Assembly (NCBI GenBank): GCA_947626425.1
Contig: CANQRX010000001.1
Coordinates: 6,528 to 70,527, forward strand
Length of the DNA stretch: 64,000 bases
Reading direction: 5' to 3'
Origin: an uncultured Bacilli bacterium
GTDB lineage: Bacteria > Bacillota_I > Bacilli_A > RF39 > UBA660
The translations under genes and the position numbers were made by a program. This document shows, piece after piece, positions 41,577 to 53,145 of this stretch (position 1 is its first letter; each line of letters starts with the position of its first letter). Under the pieces are notes generated by a model. That model did no database searches. It was given only the letters and a program-made list of their open reading frames with translations, and was not told the DNA's origin.

Positions 41577-43244
41577 CTAATCTATTATTTCTATTTTTTC
41601 TTCCGAAAATAAATCTTTTGCTATTTCTTCTAAAGCATTTTCCTCAGTCGGCTTCAACTCATTTAAGCTATCTTCATCTATTATCTCATATTTTATACCA
41701 TTTTTTAAATTTTTAATATATTCTTCCTTCATTTCATTCCAATCTTTCTCAGATACTGCAATTAACTTTATATTTTCACCTAAAATATTCGCCAAAGATT
41801 TTTCAATTTCTAAAATTTTTCGATTAATTAATAAAACCGTACTTTCTAAACTAACTGCCATAACCACAATTTCTGGGCTAGCTAATACAATTTTGGCATC
41901 TATTAATAAAGATTTTATTTCAGGTTTAATATCACTTGTCGCAAATTCTTGAAACTTATTTTGAAAATAAGTTAAATACTTTTTATGTGCATTGACAAAA
42001 CAGTTATTTATTCTAACCATTTTTAATTCATTTAAATACTCAATCATTTCTTCTTCATAATCATTACTAAAAGTTTCGGCTGTCGTTGTTTGAATATCAC
42101 TATTTTTTATTTCATTTCCAAAGTTTTGTTCTAAAATAACTTGGCTTTCTTTATTTTTTGATTCCCCATTTATCTCGTTTTTAGGCATCCTTTCTTGATT
42201 TTTTAATTCATCTTTATTTATATATTTTAACAAAATTAACTGAATTAAAACAAAAGGACTTATATAGACATTAACTTTGTTTAAACAATCATTTAAATCA
42301 AAAATTAAATTTTTTATTTGTTCATAACTTAATTTTTGCGAATAAGGATCATTCTTAATTTTAATCGCTTTTTGAACTAATTGAGCTATTAATTTTTTTA
42401 CAAACACTTTATAATCAGTTGCATTATTTTCTAATTCTTTAATAGCTTCAACTATAGCCATCGCATCATTATTTTCCAATGCTTCGACCATTTTATTGAT
42501 AAATACAGATGAGATAGAACCATAATTAACTAAAATTTTATCCAAAGTTATTTCTGTGCCATCACTAGAAAGCTGATCTATTAAAGATAATGCATCCCGT
42601 AAACCACCTTCAGCTAAATAACTTACCTCACTTAAAGCTTCATCTGTAATTTTAATTCCTTCATTTTGACAAACAAAAGCTAGTCTATTTTTAATATCTT
42701 CTAAAGCGATTTTTTTAAAATTAAACCTTTGACACCGAGATAAAATTGTTATAGGAACACTTTCTACATTCGTCGTAGCCATAATAAAAATTGCATGTGC
42801 TGGAGGTTCCTCCAATGTTAATAACAACGCATTAAAAGCATTTTGAGTCATCATGTGGACTTCATCAATAATGTAAATTTTGTAACGGCCTTCCGAAGGA
42901 GCAATTTTAACATTATTTATCAACTCTCTAATATCATCAACACCATTATTTGAGGCTGCATCAATTTCAATAATATCCGCACTTGAGTTAAAATTTAAAC
43001 AACTATTACACTTTCCACATGCTTCACCATTTACTAAATTTTCACAGTTGATAGTCTTAGCAAAAATCTTAGCTGTACTAGTTTTCCCAGTTCCCCGAGG
43101 TCCCGTAAATAAATAAGCATGAGAAATTTTATCATTCATAATAGCATTTTTTAACATTTTTACAGTATAATCTTGCCCAACAACATTAGAAAAATCACTG
43201 GGACGATATTTTCTATACAAAACTTTATAATCCATATAATTCAA
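41577..43244 (-). CDS. dnaX: DNA polymerase III subunit gamma/tau
   Basis: GPRGTGKTSTAKIFAK Walker A, zinc module CGKCNSC and SRC sensor motif. Confidence 0.9.
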   Translation of the reverse strand: MNYMDYKVLYRKYRPSDFSNVVGQDYTVKMLKNAIMNDKISHAYLFTGPRGTGKTSTAKIFAKTINCENLVNGEACGKCNSCLNFNSSADIIEIDAASNNGVDDIRELINNVKIAPSEGRYKIYIIDEVHMMTQNAFNALLLTLEEPPAHAIFIMATTNVESVPITILSRCQRFNFKKIALEDIKNRLAFVCQNEGIKITDEALSEVSYLAEGGLRDALSLIDQLSSDGTEITLDKILVNYGSISSVFINKMVEALENNDAMAIVEAIKELENNATDYKVFVKKLIAQLVQKAIKIKNDPYSQKLSYEQIKNLIFDLNDCLNKVNVYISPFVLIQLILLKYINKDELKNQERMPKNEINGESKNKESQVILEQNFGNEIKNSDIQTTTAETFSNDYEEEMIEYLNELKMVRINNCFVNAHKKYLTYFQNKFQEFATSDIKPEIKSLLIDAKIVLASPEIVVMAVSLESTVLLINRKILEIEKSLANILGENIKLIAVSEKDWNEMKEEYIKNLKNGIKYEIIDEDSLNELKPTEENALEEIAKDLFSEEKIEIID

Positions 43245-43308
43245 CCCTCCTTTAATAAGGATTTTATCAAAACCCTAAAAAAAAGTCTATCATCAAAAAA
43301 TAATAAAT

Positions 43309-43740
43309 CTATTTTCTTTTATCCTTAAAAAAATCTTTCAATATATTATTATACATTAGTTCGTATTCTTTGTCAATAGCATCTGAATGCATACATATGT
43401 TCGTTTTATTATATTCCTTCTTATAAGTCAATTTATCTAGCAAATAGTATACCTTGGAAATCCTTGACTGCTTTATAACTTCTAGACACATACTGCACGG
43501 CTTTAACGTAACATATAAAGTACAATCAGCTAAATTCCACCGTCCCAAAGCACGGGAAGCTTCAGCTATCGTATTTATCTCAGCATGCCCTAGTATTGAC
43601 TTATCCCTTTCTCTAGTATTGCAACCACTAGAAATTATCTTTCCGTCTCGTATTAATACGGCTCCAATCGGAACATCATCAGTTAATAACGATGCCTTTG
43701 CCTTTTCTATACAAGCATCCCATATTTCTATCTCATTCAT
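43309..43740 (-). CDS. tadA: tRNA-specific adenosine deaminase
   Basis: HAE...PCSMC zinc-binding CDA motif; start set at MNEIEIWD (the ORF track's N-terminal extension overlaps ffs). Confidence 0.85.
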   Translation of the reverse strand: MNEIEIWDACIEKAKASLLTDDVPIGAVLIRDGKIISSGCNTRERDKSILGHAEINTIAEASRALGRWNLADCTLYVTLKPCSMCLEVIKQSRISKVYYLLDKLTYKKEYNKTNICMHSDAIDKEYELMYNNILKDFFKDKRK

Positions 43741-43763
43741 TTTCCTCACTCCATTACATAAAA

Positions 43764-43838
43764 AAAGTGCACACAAACAGAGGCTGACGTGGCTGCTATC
43801 TTCCGATCCTGACCAGATTACAGTATATTTGTTGCACA
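43764..43838 (-). ncRNA. ffs: small (4.5S-type) SRP RNA
   Basis: Minus strand GUGCAACAAAUAUACUGUAAUCUGGUCAGGAUCGGAAGAUAGCAGCCACGUCAGCCUCUGUUUGUGUGCAC. GGUCAGGAUCGGAAGAUAGCAGCC matches SRP domain IV (E. coli CAGGUCAGGUCCGGAAGGAAGCAGCC); the terminal stem GUGCAACAAA/UUUGUGUGCAC is followed by a U-run. Confidence 0.7.
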
Positions 43839-43843
43839 AATAA

Positions 43844-43872
43844 ATTATAACAGATGCCTTATTAAAAATCAA
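43844..43872 (-). promoter_or_regulatory. sigma-A promoter for ffs (TTGATT-17-TATAAT)
   Basis: Minus strand: TTGATT (43872-43867), 17-nt spacer, TATAAT (43849-43844), ~7 nt before the SRP RNA 5' stem. Confidence 0.55.
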
Positions 43873-43893
43873 TAACATTAAATATATCACAAA

Positions 43894-43909
43894 TGTTCCA
43901 CGTGGAACA
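43894..43909. promoter_or_regulatory. parS: parS site 1 TGTTCCACGTGGAACA (perfect palindrome, 16/16 to TGTTNCACGTGNAACA)
   Basis: Seen in sequence. Confidence 0.8.
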
Positions 43910-44010
43910 TCAATTTTTTTAATCGCTTACCATTTTACTTTCGTAATTTAATAAAATATTTTTTAAATTTTGCTTTATTATTTATCAATAAATTTTATGT
44001 TATTAACATA

Positions 44011-44026
44011 TGTTTCACGTGAAACA
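44011..44026. promoter_or_regulatory. parS: parS site 2 TGTTTCACGTGAAACA (canonical, perfect)
   Basis: Seen in sequence. Confidence 0.85.
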
Positions 44027-44162
44027 TAGATTAACTTTTATTTTTTAAAATTTTTATTTATTAACTTCTACTTTAAATGTTATATAACAATTTTATATTT
44101 ACTCTATTGGATTTTAATTTATTTACATAATTCTCTGATAAGTTATCAATTACATTTCAAAT

Positions 44163-44178
44163 TGTTTCACGTGGAACT
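44163..44178. promoter_or_regulatory. parS: parS-like site 3 TGTTTCACGTGGAACT (1 mismatch)
   Basis: Seen in sequence. Confidence 0.6.
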
Positions 44179-44410
44179 TTTTTTAAATTATCAACAACAT
44201 AAATATATAAAAATATACACAATTGATCAGATTATTTCTGAATCAACTACCTTATCATATCTTATTTTTAAACCTTTATATTTTGAATTAACTTGCATTA
44301 CTATTCATATTTAAAAATTTTTCATTGCAAAATTATTAATCACTAATTATTTTTGTTACACTGTTATCTTTTTATAATTATTTGATAAATTATTGCATTA
44401 AAATTCCCAA

Positions 44411-44426
44411 CGTTTCACGTGAAACA
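44411..44426. promoter_or_regulatory. parS: parS-like site 4 CGTTTCACGTGAAACA (1 mismatch)
   Basis: Seen in sequence. Confidence 0.6.
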
Positions 44427-44554
44427 TTGTTTTGTTTATAATAAAAAATTGTAACTTAATTTAAAACTATTTTTTAGTTAACTTCATTTTTTTATAATAC
44501 ATTTTTACTATCAATTATTAAAATTTCACAAACTTACTTTCAACTGTTCTTTAA

Positions 44555-44570
44555 TGTTCCACGTGGAACA
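44555..44570. promoter_or_regulatory. parS: parS site 5 TGTTCCACGTGGAACA (perfect)
   Basis: Seen in sequence. Confidence 0.8.
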
Positions 44571-44672
44571 TCAATTTTTTTAATCATTTACTATTTTACT
44601 TTCGTAATTTATAATAAGATATTTTTTAATTTTTGCTTTGTATATATCAATTAGTTTTTTGTTATTAACATA

Positions 44673-44688
44673 TGTTTCACGTGAAACA
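44673..44688. promoter_or_regulatory. parS: parS site 6 TGTTTCACGTGAAACA (perfect)
   Basis: Seen in sequence. Confidence 0.85.
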
Positions 44689-44837
44689 TAAACTTAACTT
44701 TTATTTTTTTAATTGTTAATTTTTAATTTATTTTCATCAATTTTTTGTGATTTTGAAAAAATTAAATTAGTTAAGATAATAAAATAATTTTGAAAATTGT
44801 TTAATATTTATTTTCATCTAAATTTTGAGCAAACTTT

Positions 44838-44950
44838 TGGAAATAGGCAATGGTATGATAGGCTTAGATTTGCCAGTTGGCTTAAATGCTAACTGGCTCA
44901 AGCCATTAAATTCATACTATTGGGTTCCTGTTTCCAAAAGGAAATTAAAA
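44838..44950. ncRNA. candidate structured small RNA / foreign GC-rich segment inside the insertion in repeat unit 2 (strand unknown)
   Basis: Locally GC-rich. Perfect 10-bp stem (one G-U) GCCAGTTGGC-TTAAAT-GCTAACTGGC (44872-44897), flanked by AATGG/CCATT and GGCTTAG/CTCAAGCC pairings. A second hairpin TTTCC-AAAA-GGAAA (44931-44944) lies before an A/T-rich tail. Confidence 0.25.
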
Positions 44951-45181
44951 TTTAGTGAAAATAATCTTTAAATATTAGTTATTATAATTTTTAAATATTT
45001 TGTTTTTAAGTTTTTTTTAGACTAATTTATTTTTTAAATCGTTGGTTATAATATCATTAAAATTAACATTTAATTTTTAATTATTAACTTTCTACTTTAA
45101 ATATATAACAATTTTATATTTACTCTATTGGATTTTAATTTATTTACATAATTCTTAGATAAGTTTAATTACATTTCAAAT

Positions 45182-45197
45182 TGTTTCACGTGGAACT
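45182..45197. promoter_or_regulatory. parS: parS-like site 7 TGTTTCACGTGGAACT (1 mismatch)
   Basis: Seen in sequence. Confidence 0.6.
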
Positions 45198-45420
45198 TTT
45201 TAAATTATTAACATAAATCTATAAAAAAACTAATCAGATTTATATATATTTGCTGAATCCACTATCTTTTCATATTATTTTTAAACCTTATATTTTGAAT
45301 TAACTTGCATTACTATTCATTTAAAGTTTTTTTATTGCAAAATACTTTATTATTTTTTTTTAAACACATTATAATTTTAATGGTTGAAATTCATAATTAA
45401 AATATACTAAAATCTCCCAA

Positions 45421-45436
45421 CGTTTCACATGAAACA
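45421..45436. promoter_or_regulatory. degenerate parS-like site 8 CGTTTCACATGAAACA (2 mismatches, central CACGTG lost)
   Basis: Seen in sequence. Confidence 0.35.
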
Positions 45437-45563
45437 TCGTTTTGGTTATAATAAAAGTATATATAATTATAATTTAAAACTACTTCTTTAGTTTATTCAT
45501 TTATTTTTATCTATATTTTTATATCATCTATTCTTTAAAAATTTTCTTTCAACTATTCTTCAA

Positions 45564-45579
45564 TGTTCCACGTGGAACA
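45564..45579. promoter_or_regulatory. parS: parS site 9 TGTTCCACGTGGAACA (perfect)
   Basis: Seen in sequence. Confidence 0.8.
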
Positions 45580-45680
45580 TCAATTTTTTTTAATCGCTTA
45601 CCATTTTACTTTCGTAATTTAACAAAATATTTTCTAAATTTTGCTTTATATTTATCAATAAATTTTATGTTATTAACATA

Positions 45681-45696
45681 TGTTTCACGTGAAACA
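45681..45696. promoter_or_regulatory. parS: parS site 10 TGTTTCACGTGAAACA (perfect)
   Basis: Seen in sequence. Confidence 0.85.
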
Positions 45697-45826
45697 TAGA
45701 TTAACTTTTATTTTTTAAATTTTAATTATTAACGCTTTAGATGCTATATAACTATCTTATAATTACTTTATTGGATCCTAATATGTTTTATAATTTCTTT
45801 AATAAGTTATCAATTACATTTTAGAT

Positions 45827-45842
45827 TGTTTTACGTGGAACT
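45827..45842. promoter_or_regulatory. degenerate parS-like site 11 TGTTTTACGTGGAACT (2 mismatches)
   Basis: Seen in sequence. Confidence 0.35.
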
Positions 45843-46074
45843 TTTTTTAAATTATCAATAACATAAATATATAAAAATATACACAATTGATCAGATTATT
45901 TCTGAATCAACTACCTTATCATATCTTATTTTTAAACCTTTATATTTTGAATTAACTTGCATTACTATTCATATTTAAAAATTTTTCATTGCAAAATTAT
46001 TAATCACTAATTATTTTTGTTACACTGTTATCTTTTTATAATTATTTGATAAATTATTGCATTAAAATTCCCAA

Positions 46075-46090
46075 CGTTTCACGTGAAACA
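46075..46090. promoter_or_regulatory. parS: parS-like site 12 CGTTTCACGTGAAACA (1 mismatch)
   Basis: Seen in sequence. Confidence 0.6.
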
Positions 46091-46218
46091 TTGTTTTGTT
46101 TATAATAAAAAATTGTAACTTAATTTAAAACTATTTTTTAGTTAACTTCATTTTTTTATAATACATTTTTACTATCAATTATTAAAATTTCACAAACTTA
46201 CTTTCAACTGTTCTTTAA

Positions 46219-46234
46219 TGTTCCACGTGGAACA
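46219..46234. promoter_or_regulatory. parS: parS site 13 TGTTCCACGTGGAACA (perfect)
   Basis: Seen in sequence. Confidence 0.8.
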
Positions 46235-46336
46235 TCAATTTTTTTAATCATTTACTATTTTACTTTCGTAATTTATAATAAGATATTTTTTAATTTTTGC
46301 TTTGTATATATCAATTAGTTTTTTGTTATTAACATA

Positions 46337-46352
46337 TGTTTCACGTGAAACA
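46337..46352. promoter_or_regulatory. parS: parS site 14 TGTTTCACGTGAAACA (perfect)
   Basis: Seen in sequence. Confidence 0.85.
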
Positions 46353-46488
46353 TAAACTTAACTTTTATTTTTTTAATATTTAATTATTAACTTTCTACTT
46401 TAAATATATAACAATTTTATATTTACTCTATTGGATCTTTTAATTTATTTACATAATTCTTTGATAAGTTATCAATTACATTTTAAAT

Positions 46489-46504
46489 TGTTTCACGTGG
46501 AACT
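46489..46504. promoter_or_regulatory. parS: parS-like site 15 TGTTTCACGTGGAACT (1 mismatch)
   Basis: Seen in sequence. Confidence 0.6.
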
Positions 46505-46731
46505 TTCTTAAATATCAACTAAATCTATAAAAAAAAACTAACCCGATATATTTGCTGAATCCCAACTACCTCCTCTTATCTTATTTTTAAACCTTTATAT
46601 TTTGAATCAACTTGCATTACTATCCATTTAAAAGTTTTTCATTGCAAAATATTTTATTGTTTACTTTTTTAAAGCACAATATAATTTTAATGTTTAAAAT
46701 TCATAATTAAATTTATACTAAAATCTCCCAA

Positions 46732-46747
46732 CGTTTCACGTGAAACA
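46732..46747. promoter_or_regulatory. parS: parS-like site 16 CGTTTCACGTGAAACA (1 mismatch)
   Basis: Seen in sequence. Confidence 0.6.
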
Positions 46748-46875
46748 TCGTTTTGGTTATAATAAAAAATTTGTAAATATTAATTTAAAAACCATTTTAC
46801 TTCATTTCTTTATAATATTTTTTATACCATCAATTTCATTAAAAACTTTATAAACCACTTCTAATTATTATTCAA

Positions 46876-46891
46876 TGTTCCACGTGGAACA
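46876..46891. promoter_or_regulatory. parS: parS site 17 TGTTCCACGTGGAACA (perfect)
   Basis: Seen in sequence. Confidence 0.8.
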
Positions 46892-46992
46892 TCAATTTTT
46901 TTATCACTTACTATTTTGCTTTCGTAATTTAATAAAATACTTTTTAAATTTTGCTTTATATATATCAATTAGTTTTTTGTTATTAACTTTTA

Positions 46993-47008
46993 TGTTTCAC
47001 GTGAAACA
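46993..47008. promoter_or_regulatory. parS: parS site 18 TGTTTCACGTGAAACA (perfect), 19 bp from the gyrA stop
   Basis: Seen in sequence. Confidence 0.85.
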
Positions 47009-47026
47009 TAAAAAAAGAGAAATTTT

Positions 47027-49489
47027 CTATTCCTCTTCATTATCATTTGTTTCTTCTTCAGTATTTTTTTCAATATGTTCAACTATACTTATAGTCGATA
47101 CTGATTGATTTTCCTTTAAATTAATTAATCGAACCCCTTGAGTTACTCTACCCAACGTTGATACTTGATTTAAAGGTAACCTAATAGTCATACCAGTATT
47201 TGTAATAACCACTACATCGGCATTATCTTCTACTAATTTAAACGATGCTATTGACCCATTTTTCTCTGTAATATTCAATGCTTTAACGCCCTTACTGCCT
47301 CGACTTGTTACTCGATAGTCACGAACATTTGTTTGCTTACCGTAACCCTTCTCAGTGACTATTAAAATCTTAGCATCATCATTTGCAATCTCAGCACCAA
47401 TACAATCATTACCATCTAAATTAATTCCTCGAACACCACTAGCCGTACGTCCCATTACTCGGATTTCGGTTTCTTTAAATTTAACCATTCGACCCGAACT
47501 TGAACCCAATAACACCATATCATCGCCTGTGGTTTTCCGAACACCAATTAACTCATCATTTTCTCTTAAAGTAATACAAACCTTACCATTAGTTCTAATT
47601 GAATCAAATTCGCTTATAGAAGTTTTCTTAACAATACCTTTCTTCGTTGCAAACAACAAATACTTACTGCTTTCTTCACGACTAATTTTAACTAAAGAAT
47701 TAATCGACTCATCCTTCTCAATCTGCAATAAATTAATAACAGGTAACCCTTTAGATTGACGACTAAATTCCGGAATTTCATAGCCTTTTAAACGATAAAC
47801 CTTACCTTTATTCGTAAAGAATAAAATATAATCATGCGTTGATAAATTAAGCAAATGACTAACAAAATCCTCTTCATTAGTATTCATACCCTTAACACCA
47901 ACACCACCACGATTTTGCGATTTAAAGGCATCAACACTCATCCGTTTAATATAACCCTTGCTAGTCAAAGCAATCATAATATTTTCCTCTGGTATCAAAG
48001 ATTCATCTTCAATATACTCAATAGCCGTCATATCAATATCAGTTCTACGTTCATCAGCATATTTTCTCTTAATCTCCAACAACTCTTCTCGAATAATGGC
48101 TAATACAAGCTCATCACTAGCTAAAATCGCTTTTAAGCGGTCAATTTCCTTCAACAAGTCATTTAATTCATTTTCAATCTTTTCTCGCTCTAAACCTGTT
48201 AAACGACGTAATCTCATCTCCAAAATAGCTTCCGCTTGAATTTCATCTAATCCAAAACGTTCCATCAACGTATTCTTAGCAATTACATCCGTTTCACTAC
48301 TACGAATTATGTTAATAACTTCATCAATATGATCTAAAGCTATTTTAAAACCTTCCAAAATATGAACACGATCTTGAGCTTTCTTCAAATCAAATCTTGT
48401 TCGCCTAATAATAATTTCCTTTTGATAATCAATATATTTAGAAATAATACTTTTTAAAGGTAAAATTACTGGTTGTTTATTATCCAACATTAAGAAATTT
48501 ATCCCATAAGAAACTTGTAATTGAGTATGCTTATATAAATTATTTAAAACAACATTAGCATTGGCCTCTTTTTTCAAATAAATAACTACCCGAACAGGAT
48601 GCTCTAAATTCGACTCTTCATGTAAATCAGCTATACCATCAATAATTTTATCTCGAACTAATTGCCCTATTCTCGTTTGAAATTCCGCCTTATTTACTTG
48701 ATAAGGAAGCTCTGTAACGATTATCCGTGAACGACCATTACTAGTTTCCTCAATCTCTACTTTACCACGGATTGTAATTGTTCCTTTGCCGGTATCATAG
48801 GCTTTTCTAATCCCACTGTTACCTAAAATTGAAGCTCCAGTTGGAAAATCAGGACCTTTTATATACTGCATTAACCCATCCGTATCAATATCCGGATTAT
48901 CAATATAAGCAACACATCCATCTATAACCTCACCCAAATTATGAGGTGGAATATTCGTAGCCATTCCAACAGCAATCCCCATTGTTCCATTAACTAAAAT
49001 ATTAGGGAACCTACTTGGTAAAATAATCGGTTCTTTTTCCGTTTCATCAAAATTATCTCGAAAATCAATAGTATCTTTATTAATATCTCGAACCATTTCT
49101 AAGGCTAGTTTTGATAAACGAGCCTCCGTATAACGCATGGCAGCTGCCCCATCACCATCTAAATTACCAAAGTTTCCATGACCATCGACTAACATATGTC
49201 GAAAGCTAAAAGGCTGAGCCATTCGCACCATAGCATCATAAATCGAACTATCACCGTGTGGATGATATTTACCCATGACATCCCCGACAATTCTCGCACT
49301 TTTCCGATGAGGTTTATCAGGTGTATAACCAGATTCATACATTGAATACAAAATCCGACGATGAACAGGCTTTAAACCATCTCGTAAATCAGGTAAAGCT
49401 CTTGCGACTATAACACTCATTGAATAATTAGTAAAACTATCTTTAACTTCTTTAACAATATTATTCTCTATAATCTTATCCATAAACAA
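47027..49489 (-). CDS. gyrA: DNA gyrase subunit A
   Basis: 820 aa; active-site region ...[11 protein letters not shown]..., GyrA-box beta-pinwheel CTD and acidic tail. Confidence 0.95.
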   Translation of the reverse strand: MFMDKIIENNIVKEVKDSFTNYSMSVIVARALPDLRDGLKPVHRRILYSMYESGYTPDKPHRKSARIVGDVMGKYHPHGDSSIYDAMVRMAQPFSFRHMLVDGHGNFGNLDGDGAAAMRYTEARLSKLALEMVRDINKDTIDFRDNFDETEKEPIILPSRFPNILVNGTMGIAVGMATNIPPHNLGEVIDGCVAYIDNPDIDTDGLMQYIKGPDFPTGASILGNSGIRKAYDTGKGTITIRGKVEIEETSNGRSRIIVTELPYQVNKAEFQTRIGQLVRDKIIDGIADLHEESNLEHPVRVVIYLKKEANANVVLNNLYKHTQLQVSYGINFLMLDNKQPVILPLKSIISKYIDYQKEIIIRRTRFDLKKAQDRVHILEGFKIALDHIDEVINIIRSSETDVIAKNTLMERFGLDEIQAEAILEMRLRRLTGLEREKIENELNDLLKEIDRLKAILASDELVLAIIREELLEIKRKYADERRTDIDMTAIEYIEDESLIPEENIMIALTSKGYIKRMSVDAFKSQNRGGVGVKGMNTNEEDFVSHLLNLSTHDYILFFTNKGKVYRLKGYEIPEFSRQSKGLPVINLLQIEKDESINSLVKISREESSKYLLFATKKGIVKKTSISEFDSIRTNGKVCITLRENDELIGVRKTTGDDMVLLGSSSGRMVKFKETEIRVMGRTASGVRGINLDGNDCIGAEIANDDAKILIVTEKGYGKQTNVRDYRVTSRGSKGVKALNITEKNGSIASFKLVEDNADVVVITNTGMTIRLPLNQVSTLGRVTQGVRLINLKENQSVSTISIVEHIEKNTEEETNDNEEE

Positions 49490-49495
49490 CCCTCC

Positions 49496-52511
<3,016 letters not shown>

Positions 52512-52595
52512 ATTGTTATTGCCCCTTAATTTTGTCATACAGAAAAATAATAGGTATATTAATACTCCTATACCTATTACAATTATATCACAAAT

Positions 52596-53063
52596 CTAGT
52601 TTTCATTAAAAGCCTTTTTACTCTTTTTTCGACTTCTTAGAGCACTTTCTAATCGCGCCGAACGTAACACTTGATTATCCAAAGAACCATATGATAAATC
52701 TAAAGATAACTTCGTACCATTTTTAAATTGAATTTCAATACTATTATCTTTTTTAACGTATTTATCAATATGTCCTAAACAAATCCAGCTATTTTCTTTA
52801 TTTCGAAGCGATGACGTAGGAAAAAAAATAATTTCGCGGGATTCTTCAACAATAATTGGTGCTTTATAACAAACCCCTATCATTGATTCTGTACCTTTTA
52901 AACGACCTTCTAAACTACTTCCAAAATACTCACAGCTTTCTTCTAAAATTTTATTAGCATTTTGTTCAATATAAAAACTTTGATCTTCTTCATAAACTTT
53001 AGATAACTTATCACTACAAGCCACAACAGCCAAAGTAGATTCGTTAATTTCATAACTTTTCAT
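52596..53063 (-). CDS. comK: ComK-family competence transcription factor homolog
   Basis: Aligns block-by-block with B. subtilis ComK: SYEINESTLAV / SYEVNGATIAV; SCEYFGSSLEGRLKGT / SCRFFGSSYAGRKAGT; FFPTSSLRNKENSWICLGHI / LFPTLSSTRPQCGWISHVHV; FKNGTKLSLDLSYGSLDNQVLRSARL / FSNGKTMELPISYNSFENQVYRTAWL. Confidence 0.7.
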   Translation of the reverse strand: MKSYEINESTLAVVACSDKLSKVYEEDQSFYIEQNANKILEESCEYFGSSLEGRLKGTESMIGVCYKAPIIVEESREIIFFPTSSLRNKENSWICLGHIDKYVKKDNSIEIQFKNGTKLSLDLSYGSLDNQVLRSARLESALRSRKKSKKAFNEN

Positions 53064-53145
53064 TATTTCACCCCCCCAAATGTATGAAATTGTCTTTAAT
53101 ATAGCACAATCATTTTAAAAAAATTGTCGAAAAAAAACATCCTTG

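Larger units (their letters stand above)
43894..47008. repeat. Non-coding tandem array of ~657-bp higher-order repeats carrying 18 parS-consensus palindromes
   Basis: Units: 43894-44554, 44555-45563 (contains a ~360-bp insertion), 45564-46218, 46219-46875, and a partial unit 46876-47010. Pairwise unit identity is very high; the second halves of units 1 and 3 are essentially identical. There is no ORF of 60 aa or more in any frame. Each unit carries 4 parS-like 16-mers. Confidence 0.9.

Noticed and set aside
43454-43843. 129-aa plus-strand ORF antisense to tadA and ffs
   Set aside because: Antisense to two well-supported genes, with no SD and no motif.
44838-44950. GC-rich segment as a tRNA or rRNA remnant of the missing rrn operon
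   Set aside because: No cloverleaf and no GTTCGAATC-type T-loop. No match by eye to conserved 16S/23S/5S blocks. Left as an unclassified structured segment.
43894-47010. Tandem repeats as a CRISPR array, or the palindromes as REP/RAYT-associated sequences linked to the IS200-like tnpA at 11.1 kb
   Set aside because: The period is ~657 bp, not 28-40 bp, and there are no cas genes. The palindromes match the parS consensus base for base. The IS200 gene is 32 kb away and shows no REP-like hairpins at its own ends.
46875-47108. 77-aa plus-strand ORF at the array/gyrA junction
   Set aside because: Low-complexity translation of AT-rich repeat DNA that overlaps the gyrA 3' end on the opposite strand; no start context.
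47355-48239. Plus-strand ORFs inside gyrA
   Set aside because: Antisense shadows of gyrA; Ser/Ile-rich junk.
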